This document shows positions 38,176-48,147 of a stretch of 64,000 nucleotides of DNA, piece by piece; positions within the stretch are counted from its first letter, which is position 1; each line of letters starts with the position of its first letter. The notes under the pieces were generated by a model. That model did not search any database. It was not told the origin of the DNA and saw nothing but the letters and a program-made list of their open reading frames with translations. The position numbers and the translations under genes were made by a program. The stretch is from a virus. Location: IMG/VR virus record IMGVR_UViG_3300025195_000002; one strand, given 5' to 3'.

Positions 38176-38658
38176 GTGTTAAAGGATAAGCAGTACTCTA
38201 TCCAACGACGCATCATTAGACACCACCGAGAGATGAGTCATCATGTATTAAAGGCGGCCTACAACAAGCTGCCTTTTAAACGACGACTTATTAGTCACCT
38301 CGGACAAATGCAATACATGGCCCCACTCCTTACCTCTATCACCCTTAAGCAATTTCGCGGGTTGATAGAGGAGAAGGATGGGATATATGCGTTCGAAAAT
38401 AAACTACCAGCTCCTGATAAACATTGTCTTTGGGTTGAATTAACTACGGTTAAACTTGAAACAGGCGAGGTTGATTTGTATTATAAGTTGGATAATGACA
38501 CCATCAGGTTAAGCGATAGTGTTTACAGACATTATCAGTTGTATTACAACCGACTTATTTACCTACAATCAATGTTATATGTTAAAGATATCCACCCAAT
38601 AACAGTATCTATCATTGAACGTCGTTTACGACGCTTTAATCCAATTCATTTAAATTAA
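38176..38658 (+). CDS. Hypothetical protein
   Basis: Likely GTG start at 38176 after AAAGGTGA; basic N-terminus. Confidence 0.55.
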   Translation: MLKDKQYSIQRRIIRHHREMSHHVLKAAYNKLPFKRRLISHLGQMQYMAPLLTSITLKQFRGLIEEKDGIYAFENKLPAPDKHCLWVELTTVKLETGEVDLYYKLDNDTIRLSDSVYRHYQLYYNRLIYLQSMLYVKDIHPITVSIIERRLRRFNPIHLN

Positions 38659-38669
38659 GAGGTCTTCTC

Positions 38670-41600
38670 ATGTCTTTGTACGAAGCGTTCTATAGGGACC
38701 ATGGGGTAAGAACCCCCCAGCAATTAGTGAATCCGAGAACTTCATCTTTGACGGATCTCTTACTGCCCCGCGACAGCATCATTCACTATTTACCCACAAC
38801 GTCTACAGACATTGGTATTGATTCACGTGACCCATTGTTGCTTAACCATGAAGCAGAGGTTTTCATTCATCATATTGAAACCCTATACAGTGAGTTAGGT
38901 AGCCCTCGGTATAATCGTAGTGCTTATAAACAACATGTGCAAGATTACCATAAACGGTTTCGTAAACACCGTTTACTTCGTCGTCTTGCTAGTGGATTGC
39001 GTGATCCTAACAGTTTAATTGTTAACAACTATGCGTCGTTAACTGGAGTGTACCAATATCGTCAACATATGCTGTCGACGTTTTATCGCTATTATAATTT
39101 ACATACGACTATGTATAGTGAGGTAATTGCGCTAGCAAAAGAAACAGACCGCCAACACTTTATTCCTATAACGTTACCCAAGGTACTTCCAGAACGTAAT
39201 CAATTAGACAGAGCAGTGGGTAAAGTCAAACCAGGTGATATACCGCGCTCACTCATTGACGAGTTTAAAGAAAATGCAGCATTGACTTACTTAGATCTCT
39301 ATTTATGGTTAAGTGAAGTTGATTGTGTAACCACCTTGGGTCAAGTACCTAAAGAAGTACTGTCCCGTGTTAATTTGGTATTTATTGAATCAGGCCAATG
39401 GTCTGTAATATCATTCGCCAATTTAATTGAATGGAAAGAAACAGATAGCGACCTTAACGATAAGCTCCGTCGTTTTTATATGGCGATGTTAGAGAAACGT
39501 ACGGTTGCAACGGTAAGTAATGATGAAGAAGAGAAGAGTCAAGCCATTGACGACATACCACCCCAATCGCCCATTATTGAACATCGGACAGCTCCTATTG
39601 TCCGTCAAGCTAATGAGCTTGCTGATGCTGGTGTTTTGTCTGGTGCTGAATATCGTCGGATGGTTAAGCTAGCGGATCAGTTTACTCGTATCCCTAATCC
39701 GCATGGTGAGGGTTCGTTAGAGACGTTAATTAAGCCTGATAAAGCGATAACTTTTAAAGCACCAAAGGTTGAGATACCTAAAATGAAAGGTGTCGTTGAC
39801 AAAAGCATGTTATCAACATCAGTCAATGCCTTTCATAAAGACTATATCAAAGAGGTGATGGCAAAAGACATTGCTGCAATGACCTTAGGTATACAACAAG
39901 CTGGGGTAGCAGTAACGGATTACCAAGTTAAACGTATCTACGATGCTGTTGACAAATATGACATGTATACGGTCAAACTTACCCCTGTTAAAGGTCAGCC
40001 CTCTACTATCCGTTTTAAACTGCCTGTCGTAGAAGAAGATGGTACGTTTTTAGCCGGAGGCGTGAAGGTTAGATACCGCACCCAGCGATCCGATATGCCA
40101 ATTCGTAAAACCTCAGCATCGACGGTTGCACTGACCAGCTATTATGGTAAAACGTTTGTAGAACGTTCAGGTAAAGTGGTTAACGATTATGGTAAATGGT
40201 TGGTTAAACATCTTACTCAACTAACGTTGGCTGATAACAGCCCGCTCTCTAAAGTGGCATTCGCCGATGTGATGGTGACTGATATTGTCTTGCCACGTGG
40301 TTATACTGCAATCGCTAAAGAGATCCGGTCGTTTATCTTTAACGGTATTCTCTTTAATTTCGATTACCTGAACCGGGCAGATGCATTGGGATTATCAAAC
40401 TTATCAGAGTTTGAAGGTAATGATCAAGTTGTTATTGGTAAACAAGGAAAAAGTATCTATACTCTTGATCGCAGCGAGATGGTTTATCGTCATGTCAATG
40501 ACAGCATTGAGCCGGTAGGTGAGCTTTACGAAATCATTGGCATTACTAACTCAGAACCGCCTACTGAAATGGCGACGGTGAAAGTGTTTAGTAAGCATAT
40601 TCCGGTAGGTGTAGTACTTGGTTTTAAACTGGGTATTGATAAGCTAATCGATAAACTTGGTGTAGAGGTTAAGCGGATACCTGTAGGAACTAGAGTGCAA
40701 CTTGCCCCGCAGGAATACAAAATAGTCTTTGCAGATGAAACATTGGTTGTTTCTAGAAGTGACCGCATTGCAAGTTTAATACTGGGTGGTTTTGTAAGTT
40801 ACCACCGCTCGTTAAAACAGTATAACCTACAGGACTTTAACCAACCTGATGTCTACTTCAACTTGATTAATGAACAAGGCCTTAGTGCTCGATTTATTCA
40901 AGAGATGGAATTAATGGACATGATGTTTGTTGATCCTATCACAGAAGAAATTTTGGAGGATATGGAAGAACCTACCACGTTTGAAGGATTGTTATTTAGA
41001 AGTGTAGAGTTGGTTGCTACTGATCAACATCCAAAAGAGATGGATAGTGCCCATATGCGACTTCGTGGTTATGAGCGTTTTTCAGGTATGGTTTACAAAC
41101 AAATGGTCGAAGCACTACGTGAGTATCGTAGTAAACCTACTCTGGCAAAGGCATCGATCGATCTTAACCCTAAAGCAGTATGGTTAAATGTACTACAGGA
41201 TGAATCAACAGAGCTAGTAGAGACATCAAACCCAGTCCACAACCTCAAAGAGCATGAAACATTGACGTTTGCAGGGCAAGGGGGGCGTTCGACGAAAACC
41301 ATGGTACGACGTTCACGTCAATTCAATAAGAATGATCTAGGGGTAATTTCTGAATCAACACCAGATAGTGCTAAGGTAGCTATTACTACTTACCTAACAC
41401 CTGATGCGAAGATTCGTAACCTTAGAGGGATGACTGATAGTTACGAGCCAGGGGATGGTCCTGCTAAATATGTCAGTAGCGTTTCGTTGTTGTCACCAGG
41501 TGCAGATAGAGATAGTTCTAAACGAACCAACATGACATCAGTACAGCACTCGTCGGGCATTCAGGCGACGGGCTATACAACCACACCTGTACGTACAGGT

Positions 41601-42644
41601 TATGAGAAAGTCATGGCACATCGTGTTGATGAATTATTTGCTTATACCGCTCAACAGGACGGTAAGGTCACCAGTAAGGATGATCAGACAATCACGATTA
41701 CCTATAAGGACGGTACTACGGCAACTAAACCTATTGGTACGCATTATGCAAAAGTTGCTGACGGTAGTGCAAAACACGTACTTAAATGCGATTATGAAGT
41801 AGGCGATTCCGTTAAAGCAGGCTATGTTGTTACTTACAATGAAGCGTTCTTTGAGCCAGACTTCTTTGATCCTAAACAGGTAAGTTATAAAGCAGGCGCT
41901 ATGGCTAAAGTGGTATTAATGGAAACGTCCGATACATTAGAGGATGGGTCTGCTATATCACCTCGTTTGTCTAAAGCACTGACAACGCCAACAGTTAAAA
42001 CTCGTGCTATCCTAGTACGATTTGATCAGCAGGTTATTAACCTAGTAAAGGTAGGGGATAAGCTTGAATCCGATGCTATTTTATGTACCATTGAGGACGG
42101 GCTGGCTGGCGACGTCGAGCTATTTGACGAAGCTACACTAGCAAGTTTACAAGCATTATCAAGCAATAACCCAAAGGCAAAAGTTAAAGGTGAGGTTGAA
42201 CGCATAGAAGTACTTTATCATGGTGATAAAGCGGATATGTCACCTACCCTACAATCGATTGCTAACCGTGCTGACCGTCAACGTAGTCAATTGGCAAAGC
42301 AGTATAACGATGGCCGCGCAGCAAATGGGCGAGTTACCGAACCTGTCATTATAGAGAAGCAGCGTATAGAATTAGATCATGCGCTAATCATTGTAACAAT
42401 GACTTCAATGAGTGCACAGGAAGCCGGTGATAAACTGGTATTGGGTAACAACCTCAAGTCGGTAGTCTCTCGTGTATTGCAAGGTAAACATGAGACAATG
42501 AGCGGCAAACCTATCGACATGATTTTTGCCTATCAGAGTATCTCTAACCGGATTGCGTTGGCAACAGAAATTATTGGAACAACCAATACACTGCTGGATG
42601 TTATATCGCAAAAGGCAAACGCACTGTATGAGGGGGAGGAGTAA
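38670..42644 (+). CDS. Virion RNA polymerase beta subunit, large N-terminal fragment (phiKZ gp178-like)
   Basis: GGRS..MVRRSR, ESTPDS, LEDGSAIS, GDKLVLGNNLKSVVS and PIDMIF correspond to RpoB conserved regions. Confidence 0.92.
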   Translation: MSLYEAFYRDHGVRTPQQLVNPRTSSLTDLLLPRDSIIHYLPTTSTDIGIDSRDPLLLNHEAEVFIHHIETLYSELGSPRYNRSAYKQHVQDYHKRFRKHRLLRRLASGLRDPNSLIVNNYASLTGVYQYRQHMLSTFYRYYNLHTTMYSEVIALAKETDRQHFIPITLPKVLPERNQLDRAVGKVKPGDIPRSLIDEFKENAALTYLDLYLWLSEVDCVTTLGQVPKEVLSRVNLVFIESGQWSVISFANLIEWKETDSDLNDKLRRFYMAMLEKRTVATVSNDEEEKSQAIDDIPPQSPIIEHRTAPIVRQANELADAGVLSGAEYRRMVKLADQFTRIPNPHGEGSLETLIKPDKAITFKAPKVEIPKMKGVVDKSMLSTSVNAFHKDYIKEVMAKDIAAMTLGIQQAGVAVTDYQVKRIYDAVDKYDMYTVKLTPVKGQPSTIRFKLPVVEEDGTFLAGGVKVRYRTQRSDMPIRKTSASTVALTSYYGKTFVERSGKVVNDYGKWLVKHLTQLTLADNSPLSKVAFADVMVTDIVLPRGYTAIAKEIRSFIFNGILFNFDYLNRADALGLSNLSEFEGNDQVVIGKQGKSIYTLDRSEMVYRHVNDSIEPVGELYEIIGITNSEPPTEMATVKVFSKHIPVGVVLGFKLGIDKLIDKLGVEVKRIPVGTRVQLAPQEYKIVFADETLVVSRSDRIASLILGGFVSYHRSLKQYNLQDFNQPDVYFNLINEQGLSARFIQEMELMDMMFVDPITEEILEDMEEPTTFEGLLFRSVELVATDQHPKEMDSAHMRLRGYERFSGMVYKQMVEALREYRSKPTLAKASIDLNPKAVWLNVLQDESTELVETSNPVHNLKEHETLTFAGQGGRSTKTMVRRSRQFNKNDLGVISESTPDSAKVAITTYLTPDAKIRNLRGMTDSYEPGDGPAKYVSSVSLLSPGADRDSSKRTNMTSVQHSSGIQATGYTTTPVRTGYEKVMAHRVDELFAYTAQQDGKVTSKDDQTITITYKDGTTATKPIGTHYAKVADGSAKHVLKCDYEVGDSVKAGYVVTYNEAFFEPDFFDPKQVSYKAGAMAKVVLMETSDTLEDGSAISPRLSKALTTPTVKTRAILVRFDQQVINLVKVGDKLESDAILCTIEDGLAGDVELFDEATLASLQALSSNNPKAKVKGEVERIEVLYHGDKADMSPTLQSIANRADRQRSQLAKQYNDGRAANGRVTEPVIIEKQRIELDHALIIVTMTSMSAQEAGDKLVLGNNLKSVVSRVLQGKHETMSGKPIDMIFAYQSISNRIALATEIIGTTNTLLDVISQKANALYEGEE

Positions 42645-42691
42645 TTCTCCCCCATTAGGTTTCACGTAAAATAACATGAATTAGGTGTAAC

Positions 42692-42886
42692 ATGAATGTA
42701 AAAGATAAGTTTCACGACAATACGGTAGTGCTTGGCAATGCTGCGCAATTGGCCGTGAACATCATTAAAGAAGTCGCCGGTAACGAAATCGCCGACACTG
42801 TTGAAAAGCAACCCCTCTCTGTCATGTTAGCAGACACGTGTGTTGCAAACATTAAAAGTCAACTAACTAAGAAGGGAGCTGTGTAA
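42692..42886 (+). CDS. Small conserved protein in the vRNAP/protease operon
   Basis: AGGTG RBS; coupled to the next gene (TAATG). Confidence 0.55.
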   Translation: MNVKDKFHDNTVVLGNAAQLAVNIIKEVAGNEIADTVEKQPLSVMLADTCVANIKSQLTKKGAV

Positions 42887-44316
42887 TGTTACACCGTCAC
42901 GTATTAGAAGCCATTACCACCACAGCATCTATCAATGCGGATAGCAATATTGTCTTCCGTCCCAAACAATCCACCCCTTTAGAAGAGTTAATTTCTTCTG
43001 GCGTATCATTAATTGACGATACTGATGATGCTGTCAACATCATTGAATCTATTCATTTAAACACCATGCTAAAAGACTCTGGTGGGACTATCCCTCACGA
43101 TCTAGCAATGGAAGAGGTTGTTAAGTTAGCTTCTGATGCCGTTTCATCAATGCTTAACATTACTCGAAATGTAGTTCGACCGTTCATTGTTGACCAGGTT
43201 AACAAGTTAGAAGCTTATGTTGATGATCATCTTGAGAAAGGTCATCGTCACGAGATCTTACCTGTCTTTTTAGAAAGCGCATTCTCTAATCCGTCAATCA
43301 CCTCGTTAACTGAGCGTTATGCTGAAACACCAGTGGATGATGTATTGCGTTCGTCTACAGTCTTTCCAAAGTTAGACGGTGCTCAATTACGTGAACTTAT
43401 TAAAACGGGCATTACTCGAATCGATAACGACATCGCAACGCTTCTAGATGACCTTCCTCCTGAATTTTTATTCAACATGTACGAGGAAAGCTTCAGAGCT
43501 TCTTTTGTAGAACAACCAAAGGGCTTGGATGAACAGGCACAAGCTCGACTTGATCGTGCTAACGCTATGTTGTCTTTCTTCATTGCAAAGCGTTTCTACG
43601 AAGAGACACCTAGCGAAGTTACTATCAGCCTTTCTGAGTTCAATAATGCAGTAGCAGGCCATCTGTCACAAGCAGGTCGTCGTATCTTCCGTATCGTTGC
43701 CCAGCGTGAAGCATATATTCGCCAAGGACGTTTGATCCTATCCATGCCGCAACCTAACATGTTTAAGAAACCTATTGTTGTTGTTGGTGAGGTATATAAC
43801 CAATACCTTAAAGATGGCGGTAAGCCTGAATGGTTAATGGGTGCTTGCCTTGCAGGTGAACGCATGCCGTCTCCAACGACGCTTCTTACAGAAGGTCAAG
43901 TGTTCCAAAACACTTACGATCGTGCTGAACGTATGCATAAGTCTCAGAATGGGGCTAAACGCAATAGCGCATTAGCGGCCGGTATGCGGGAACAACTTTC
44001 TGCCTACATCAGTGCAGTGGATGAAAATGACAAGTCTATTGTTATTGATTCAAAAGAAGTATTGCGTCAACGTGCTGATGAATATATAGGTAGCACTGCT
44101 ATTCACGCTAATCTATCAACGTATGAATACGTTCGTGTTATCATTTGCAAAGTATTCTTCCCACAAACTGAAGCGCTTCGTATTCTGACAGAAATAGACG
44201 CACATGCGGCTAATAACCCTGCGCTAACACCACGTGAAGCTGCTACGTTGACTACGATTGATCTAGTCTGTGGTTGGGTTGCCTCTCAGATAGATGTAGT
44301 ACGTAACGCACGTTAA
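42886..44316 (+). CDS. Virion head protein (phiKZ gp177-like by synteny)
   Basis: 476 aa; located between the vRNAP beta gene and the protease. Confidence 0.6.
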   Translation: MLHRHVLEAITTTASINADSNIVFRPKQSTPLEELISSGVSLIDDTDDAVNIIESIHLNTMLKDSGGTIPHDLAMEEVVKLASDAVSSMLNITRNVVRPFIVDQVNKLEAYVDDHLEKGHRHEILPVFLESAFSNPSITSLTERYAETPVDDVLRSSTVFPKLDGAQLRELIKTGITRIDNDIATLLDDLPPEFLFNMYEESFRASFVEQPKGLDEQAQARLDRANAMLSFFIAKRFYEETPSEVTISLSEFNNAVAGHLSQAGRRIFRIVAQREAYIRQGRLILSMPQPNMFKKPIVVVGEVYNQYLKDGGKPEWLMGACLAGERMPSPTTLLTEGQVFQNTYDRAERMHKSQNGAKRNSALAAGMREQLSAYISAVDENDKSIVIDSKEVLRQRADEYIGSTAIHANLSTYEYVRVIICKVFFPQTEALRILTEIDAHAANNPALTPREAATLTTIDLVCGWVASQIDVVRNAR

Positions 44317-44326
44317 GGAGTCTGAT

Positions 44327-45049
44327 ATGGAAGCGTCTATGTATCGTCGGGATGCTAAACGCGTCCAACAGGCGCTGCGTCGTGTTAAAGATAGTATCAA
44401 AGTGGTAAAACCTCTATCGGTACATGTTCCTAAACGTTACACCTCAAAAGAACTAGCCATTGTTGGTTCTAGTGTATCGGTAGTAGGTATTTTTGGCGTT
44501 GTGGTTGATGATAACTACTATGGTGTTTCACTAATTAATGCCATTACACCACTTGAACCTTCAAATATCAATACCGTTGTTGTAGATGAAGTTGAATACT
44601 ACTCTTTTGATTTTCAACCAGGTGATACCTTTATACCTAATGTTAACCTGGTAAAAGAAGGAACGCTAGTATATCAGATCTTTGACGAAATAGTGGCCAA
44701 GGGGAATATACCGTGGTATCTAAACTATCAAGACCTAGGTCAATTATTTGATAGTGCTAAATACCATGGTGGCGCTAATTTAAATACAAACCATGCTATC
44801 CTAGAGATGATCACAGCTGCTTGTGCGCGATCACCTAAGGATAGATCGGCTTACTATCGCCATGGGTTTAAAGCTACACAGCAACTTAAAGATAAACCAC
44901 CTGAGATCATTGCACTTCGCAGTGTTCAAGATGGGGCGTCTAATACTACAGCTAAATTGATGGGTGCGTATTTGGATGAAGGGATCAATTCTGCACTAGT
45001 TGATCCCTCAAAGCGCCTAGAGCGGGTTGAAGACCTGTTGAGGAGATAA
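44327..45049 (+). CDS. Probable vRNAP beta' C-terminal subunit (phiKZ gp176/SPN3US gp244-like)
   Basis: Position immediately upstream of the head protease and 240-aa size match the fifth vRNAP subunit as I recall it; ends ERVEDLLRR. Confidence 0.55.
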   Translation: MEASMYRRDAKRVQQALRRVKDSIKVVKPLSVHVPKRYTSKELAIVGSSVSVVGIFGVVVDDNYYGVSLINAITPLEPSNINTVVVDEVEYYSFDFQPGDTFIPNVNLVKEGTLVYQIFDEIVAKGNIPWYLNYQDLGQLFDSAKYHGGANLNTNHAILEMITAACARSPKDRSAYYRHGFKATQQLKDKPPEIIALRSVQDGASNTTAKLMGAYLDEGINSALVDPSKRLERVEDLLRR

Positions 45050-45050
45050 G

Positions 45051-45809
45051 ATGTCTAATATTGCAAAGTACAGCTGTACGGCCCTAGCAGGGACAAATAA
45101 AGTAGGTCAACTTAAATCAGATGAAAATGGTTATCGTGAAATGGTCCTAGGGGCTTACGATTTCGATAATTCAGCTGGTGCCACCTACCCCTTTGAAACT
45201 GCTCAGGCGTTATTCAAAAGCTCTAGTAGCTTAATGCGCCGTATTGCTAACGGGCAATGTCGTGGTGAATATGGTCATCCTAAACCATTACCTGGTATGA
45301 CTAATCAGCAATATCTGGAACGTATTCTTCGCATTGAAGAATCCGCTATCTGTGTACACTTTAAAGAAGTCTGGATTGACAAAGACAATGTTAAAGATGA
45401 ACACGGTAAGCCTGTTATTGCCGTTATGGGCAAAGTCAAACCCTGTGGTCCGCACGGCCCTGCATTGGAACAACAGCTTCAGAATACTGAAGAAAATGTT
45501 GCTTTCTCAGTACGCTCACTTACTAATGATAAATTGGTGGGTGGTAAGATTCACAAACACATGAAAGTGCTTGTATGTTGGGATTATGTTAACGAGCCAG
45601 GTATTTCGTTAGCAAACAAATATGCAGCCCCCGCACTTGAAGGAATGAGCGAAGATATTGAAATCATTCCCTCTATGTTAGATGCAGCTGAGCGTCACCA
45701 GAGCCAGCATGGTGTCTCGATGGAAAACGCCATCAGCTCTACAATGGTTCGTAGTGACCTAGGTTGGTCAAAGGTTCAAAACCTTAACTTCCCATCACGC
45801 GAATGGTAA
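45051..45809 (+). CDS. Prohead maturation serine protease (phiKZ gp175-like)
   Basis: GEYGHP (His), FSVRS (Ser), WDYVNEPGI; C-terminal ALE/SME candidate autocleavage sites. Confidence 0.9.
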   Translation: MSNIAKYSCTALAGTNKVGQLKSDENGYREMVLGAYDFDNSAGATYPFETAQALFKSSSSLMRRIANGQCRGEYGHPKPLPGMTNQQYLERILRIEESAICVHFKEVWIDKDNVKDEHGKPVIAVMGKVKPCGPHGPALEQQLQNTEENVAFSVRSLTNDKLVGGKIHKHMKVLVCWDYVNEPGISLANKYAAPALEGMSEDIEIIPSMLDAAERHQSQHGVSMENAISSTMVRSDLGWSKVQNLNFPSREW

Positions 45810-45813
45810 TTAG

Positions 45814-45847
45814 AAGCCCTACCTAGGTAGGTAGGGCTTTATGCCGT
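45814..45847 (+). terminator. Terminator hairpin + TTTATGCCGT
   Basis: AAGCCCTACC-TAGGTA-GGTAGGGCTT-TATGCCGT. Confidence 0.75.
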
Positions 45848-45862
45848 CCAACTTTTTTACAA

Positions 45863-45873
45863 CCCTATATTAC
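45863..45873 (+). promoter_or_regulatory. Early promoter motif CCCTATATTAC
   Basis: TATATTAC core between a terminator and an accessory gene. Confidence 0.7.
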
Positions 45874-45956
45874 ATGTATGTAGATTCCTGCGGGATCTTA
45901 GTAGTTATTTAAAGGTGAAAGATTAGCCAATGGTATACTTGTAAAGAATTTAGATA

Positions 45957-46481
45957 ATGAGGAAAAACGAAATGAGACCCCAACCCTTTAAAGAGATGTT
46001 TGATAGCTTTTTCAAAAGCTGCTACCCTAACCATTTTGAAATAAATACAACTCAGCGCAATACGCTTCAGTCAGTGTTCTATGTTGGCGGTCTGTTAGTT
46101 AGAAATAGCGCTATGGCTGGCGGCGATAGTGAAATGGACGTTGAACAGAATGAAAAGTTATTAGTTGATATACAACTTGAACTTCAACGGTTTGGTAGAC
46201 AAACTAAGCGGACACCCAGACCCCCTGTTAAAGGTAAGTTAGGTGATGTCTTTAACATATTCTTATCTAAGGATATTGTTCCTACACCCCCGAGCTCAAT
46301 TGCAAAATTGGATATGTACAGCGCTATGGTAGCTGGTATGGCGGCTATGCTAGGACTTTTAACAAATAGCATAGAAGACCAAGACGATATCGCTATGACA
46401 CGTATGGATATCATCAATGATGACCTTATGTCTAACACAGGTATTGAAGCATGGCATGTCCCTGAATGGAACCTCGAGTAA
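45957..46481 (+). CDS. Hypothetical protein with an internal tandem domain duplication
   Basis: The two halves share F..F....P...(Q)...FY/MVAG.......D......DI..EL/DL. Confidence 0.6.
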   Translation: MRKNEMRPQPFKEMFDSFFKSCYPNHFEINTTQRNTLQSVFYVGGLLVRNSAMAGGDSEMDVEQNEKLLVDIQLELQRFGRQTKRTPRPPVKGKLGDVFNIFLSKDIVPTPPSSIAKLDMYSAMVAGMAAMLGLLTNSIEDQDDIAMTRMDIINDDLMSNTGIEAWHVPEWNLE

Positions 46482-46506
46482 TATAATCGACTGTATTAAA
46501 AAACAC

Positions 46507-46517
46507 ACCTATATTAC
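46507..46517 (+). promoter_or_regulatory. Early promoter motif ACCTATATTAC
   Basis: TATATTAC core upstream of 46612. Confidence 0.7.
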
Positions 46518-46611
46518 TATTGTGAGTGTAGAGTATAATCAACCTATACTTTAAAAGTACTTTTAATAAACCCATTGATGTGATCAATCAATAAACAAAG
46601 GAAGATATCTA

Positions 46612-47163
46612 ATGGCTGAAGCCCAGAAGAAAAGCCCACTGCAACAATTTGCTCTGTCTAAACAAACTACCGAAGCACTGGATAAAGTGTCTACAGTTGG
46701 TATCGATGCTCCTAAAATAGAAGCAGCCAACGTTATTACCGGTCAAGTTGAATCTGTGTCTAACGGTGTCATCGCCTACAATAAGCCTAAAGGCGTAGTT
46801 GAAGGTTTGTTGCCTGAAGGTCTGACTATGGAAACTGTTGACAAGGTTGGCGAGTTCCACAAGAAATGTGCAACTGCACTAGCCCAAAGTGTTTCTGAAG
46901 TTGGTATCGACGCAATGGTTCAGGACAAAGACATCACTACAGTTACCGGTACATTGCCTGTTGGTAAATACACCAAACTGGAAGCAACCGTACATCGCAG
47001 CAAAGATGTCAGTTATCCAAAAGACGGTCAGCGTGTTACTGAAGCCCGCCCTGGCCATGTTGACTTGAAAACAACGTCCAGCTATGGTAAGAGTTCATCA
47101 AGCCATGTTACAGCAGTTCGTACTCATGCTGCAGCGTTGGCGAAACAATTACTTGGTTCTTAA
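46612..47163 (+). CDS. Hypothetical, probably highly expressed early protein
   Basis: AAGGA RBS, own promoter and terminator; codon choice (GGT, GCT/GCA, GTT, ACT, AAC) similar to the sheath/tube genes. Confidence 0.7.
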   Translation: MAEAQKKSPLQQFALSKQTTEALDKVSTVGIDAPKIEAANVITGQVESVSNGVIAYNKPKGVVEGLLPEGLTMETVDKVGEFHKKCATALAQSVSEVGIDAMVQDKDITTVTGTLPVGKYTKLEATVHRSKDVSYPKDGQRVTEARPGHVDLKTTSSYGKSSSSHVTAVRTHAAALAKQLLGS

Positions 47164-47182
47164 AGAACATAAGTCGATGAAT

Positions 47183-47216
47183 GGTAGAGACTTCTAAAGT
47201 CTCTACCTTTTATGCC
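47183..47216 (+). terminator. Terminator hairpin + TTTTATGCC
   Basis: GGTAGAGACTT-CTA-AAGTCTCTACC-TTTTATGCC. Confidence 0.75.
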
Positions 47217-47317
47217 TGCATTCTTTTTTTACCTATTTCGCTAGATCTTATGATCTCTGTTAAAGCGATTAAATCTACATTCAGGTGTTATGAATCTACA
47301 ATACGAGGAGGCGTATC

Positions 47318-47725
47318 ATGCATACTGAAAAGTTACGTCTGGTGATTAGCTCGCCATTCATTCACGCTGCATTAAACAGCGACACCAACGCACTAGCATC
47401 TATGTTTAATCCGCAATGCCTTGCTATTGGGGAATCAATTACACCACAAGACCATATGCGTGCCCGTGCTGTCTATAATGCAGTTACAACCCAAGCACAC
47501 AGCTGTACATTTGATCAGTATGCATATATTCATTATTGGATCTATAAGCACCAATATACTGGTTGGGATAATAACACCATGCTTAATAATTTAATAGATA
47601 CTATCGTCAACGATCATGCAGCGTATCTTTTTTTAAATGAAGCATTTTATTTTGATACTGAGCGTGTTGTATCGTTATACCATCAAACCTTGCAGGCGCT
47701 AGATACACAATCTGCAACAGCGTAA
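47318..47725 (+). CDS. Hypothetical protein
   Basis: GGAGG RBS. Confidence 0.6.
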   Translation: MHTEKLRLVISSPFIHAALNSDTNALASMFNPQCLAIGESITPQDHMRARAVYNAVTTQAHSCTFDQYAYIHYWIYKHQYTGWDNNTMLNNLIDTIVNDHAAYLFLNEAFYFDTERVVSLYHQTLQALDTQSATA

Positions 47726-47772
47726 TACTTATGACAAGCTTGTATATCGCGCTTATTAAGGAGCCTTAAAAA

Positions 47773-48078
47773 ATGTCACGCAAAGAAAATTTCTTAACTG
47801 TTGCTAACAGTTTTCTTACTAAGATCCCGCTCACCCAGGAGCAGCGTTCTAAAGAAGATAAATTCATTAACAATGCCGCTGATAATGCGACTTTCCAGAC
47901 TGAAACAGACGCTCAGTTGGCCAGCCGATTTAAGCATTACGTAACGACAGTTATGGCAACTTGTCGTCGCATGATGCCTGAAGACGATCGTTGGGATCAA
48001 CAAACGTTCCGTGAGCTGACCACTCAGTATCAGAACGAAGCACTACAGCAATTTGCCGCCCTACAGGCAGCAGAATAA
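47773..48078 (+). CDS. Hypothetical helical protein
   Basis: AAGGAG RBS. Confidence 0.65.
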   Translation: MSRKENFLTVANSFLTKIPLTQEQRSKEDKFINNAADNATFQTETDAQLASRFKHYVTTVMATCRRMMPEDDRWDQQTFRELTTQYQNEALQQFAALQAAE

Positions 48079-48086
48079 AGTACACG

Positions 48087-48120
48087 TAGCGCGGAGGGGT
48101 AAAACCTTCCGCGCTATGCC
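48087..48120 (+). terminator. Hairpin + TATGCC element
   Basis: TAGCGCGGA...TCCGCGCTA overlapping TATGCC; the T-run comes only after the motif. Confidence 0.65.
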
Positions 48121-48147
48121 TTTTATTTTTTATAAGGATATGCTAAG

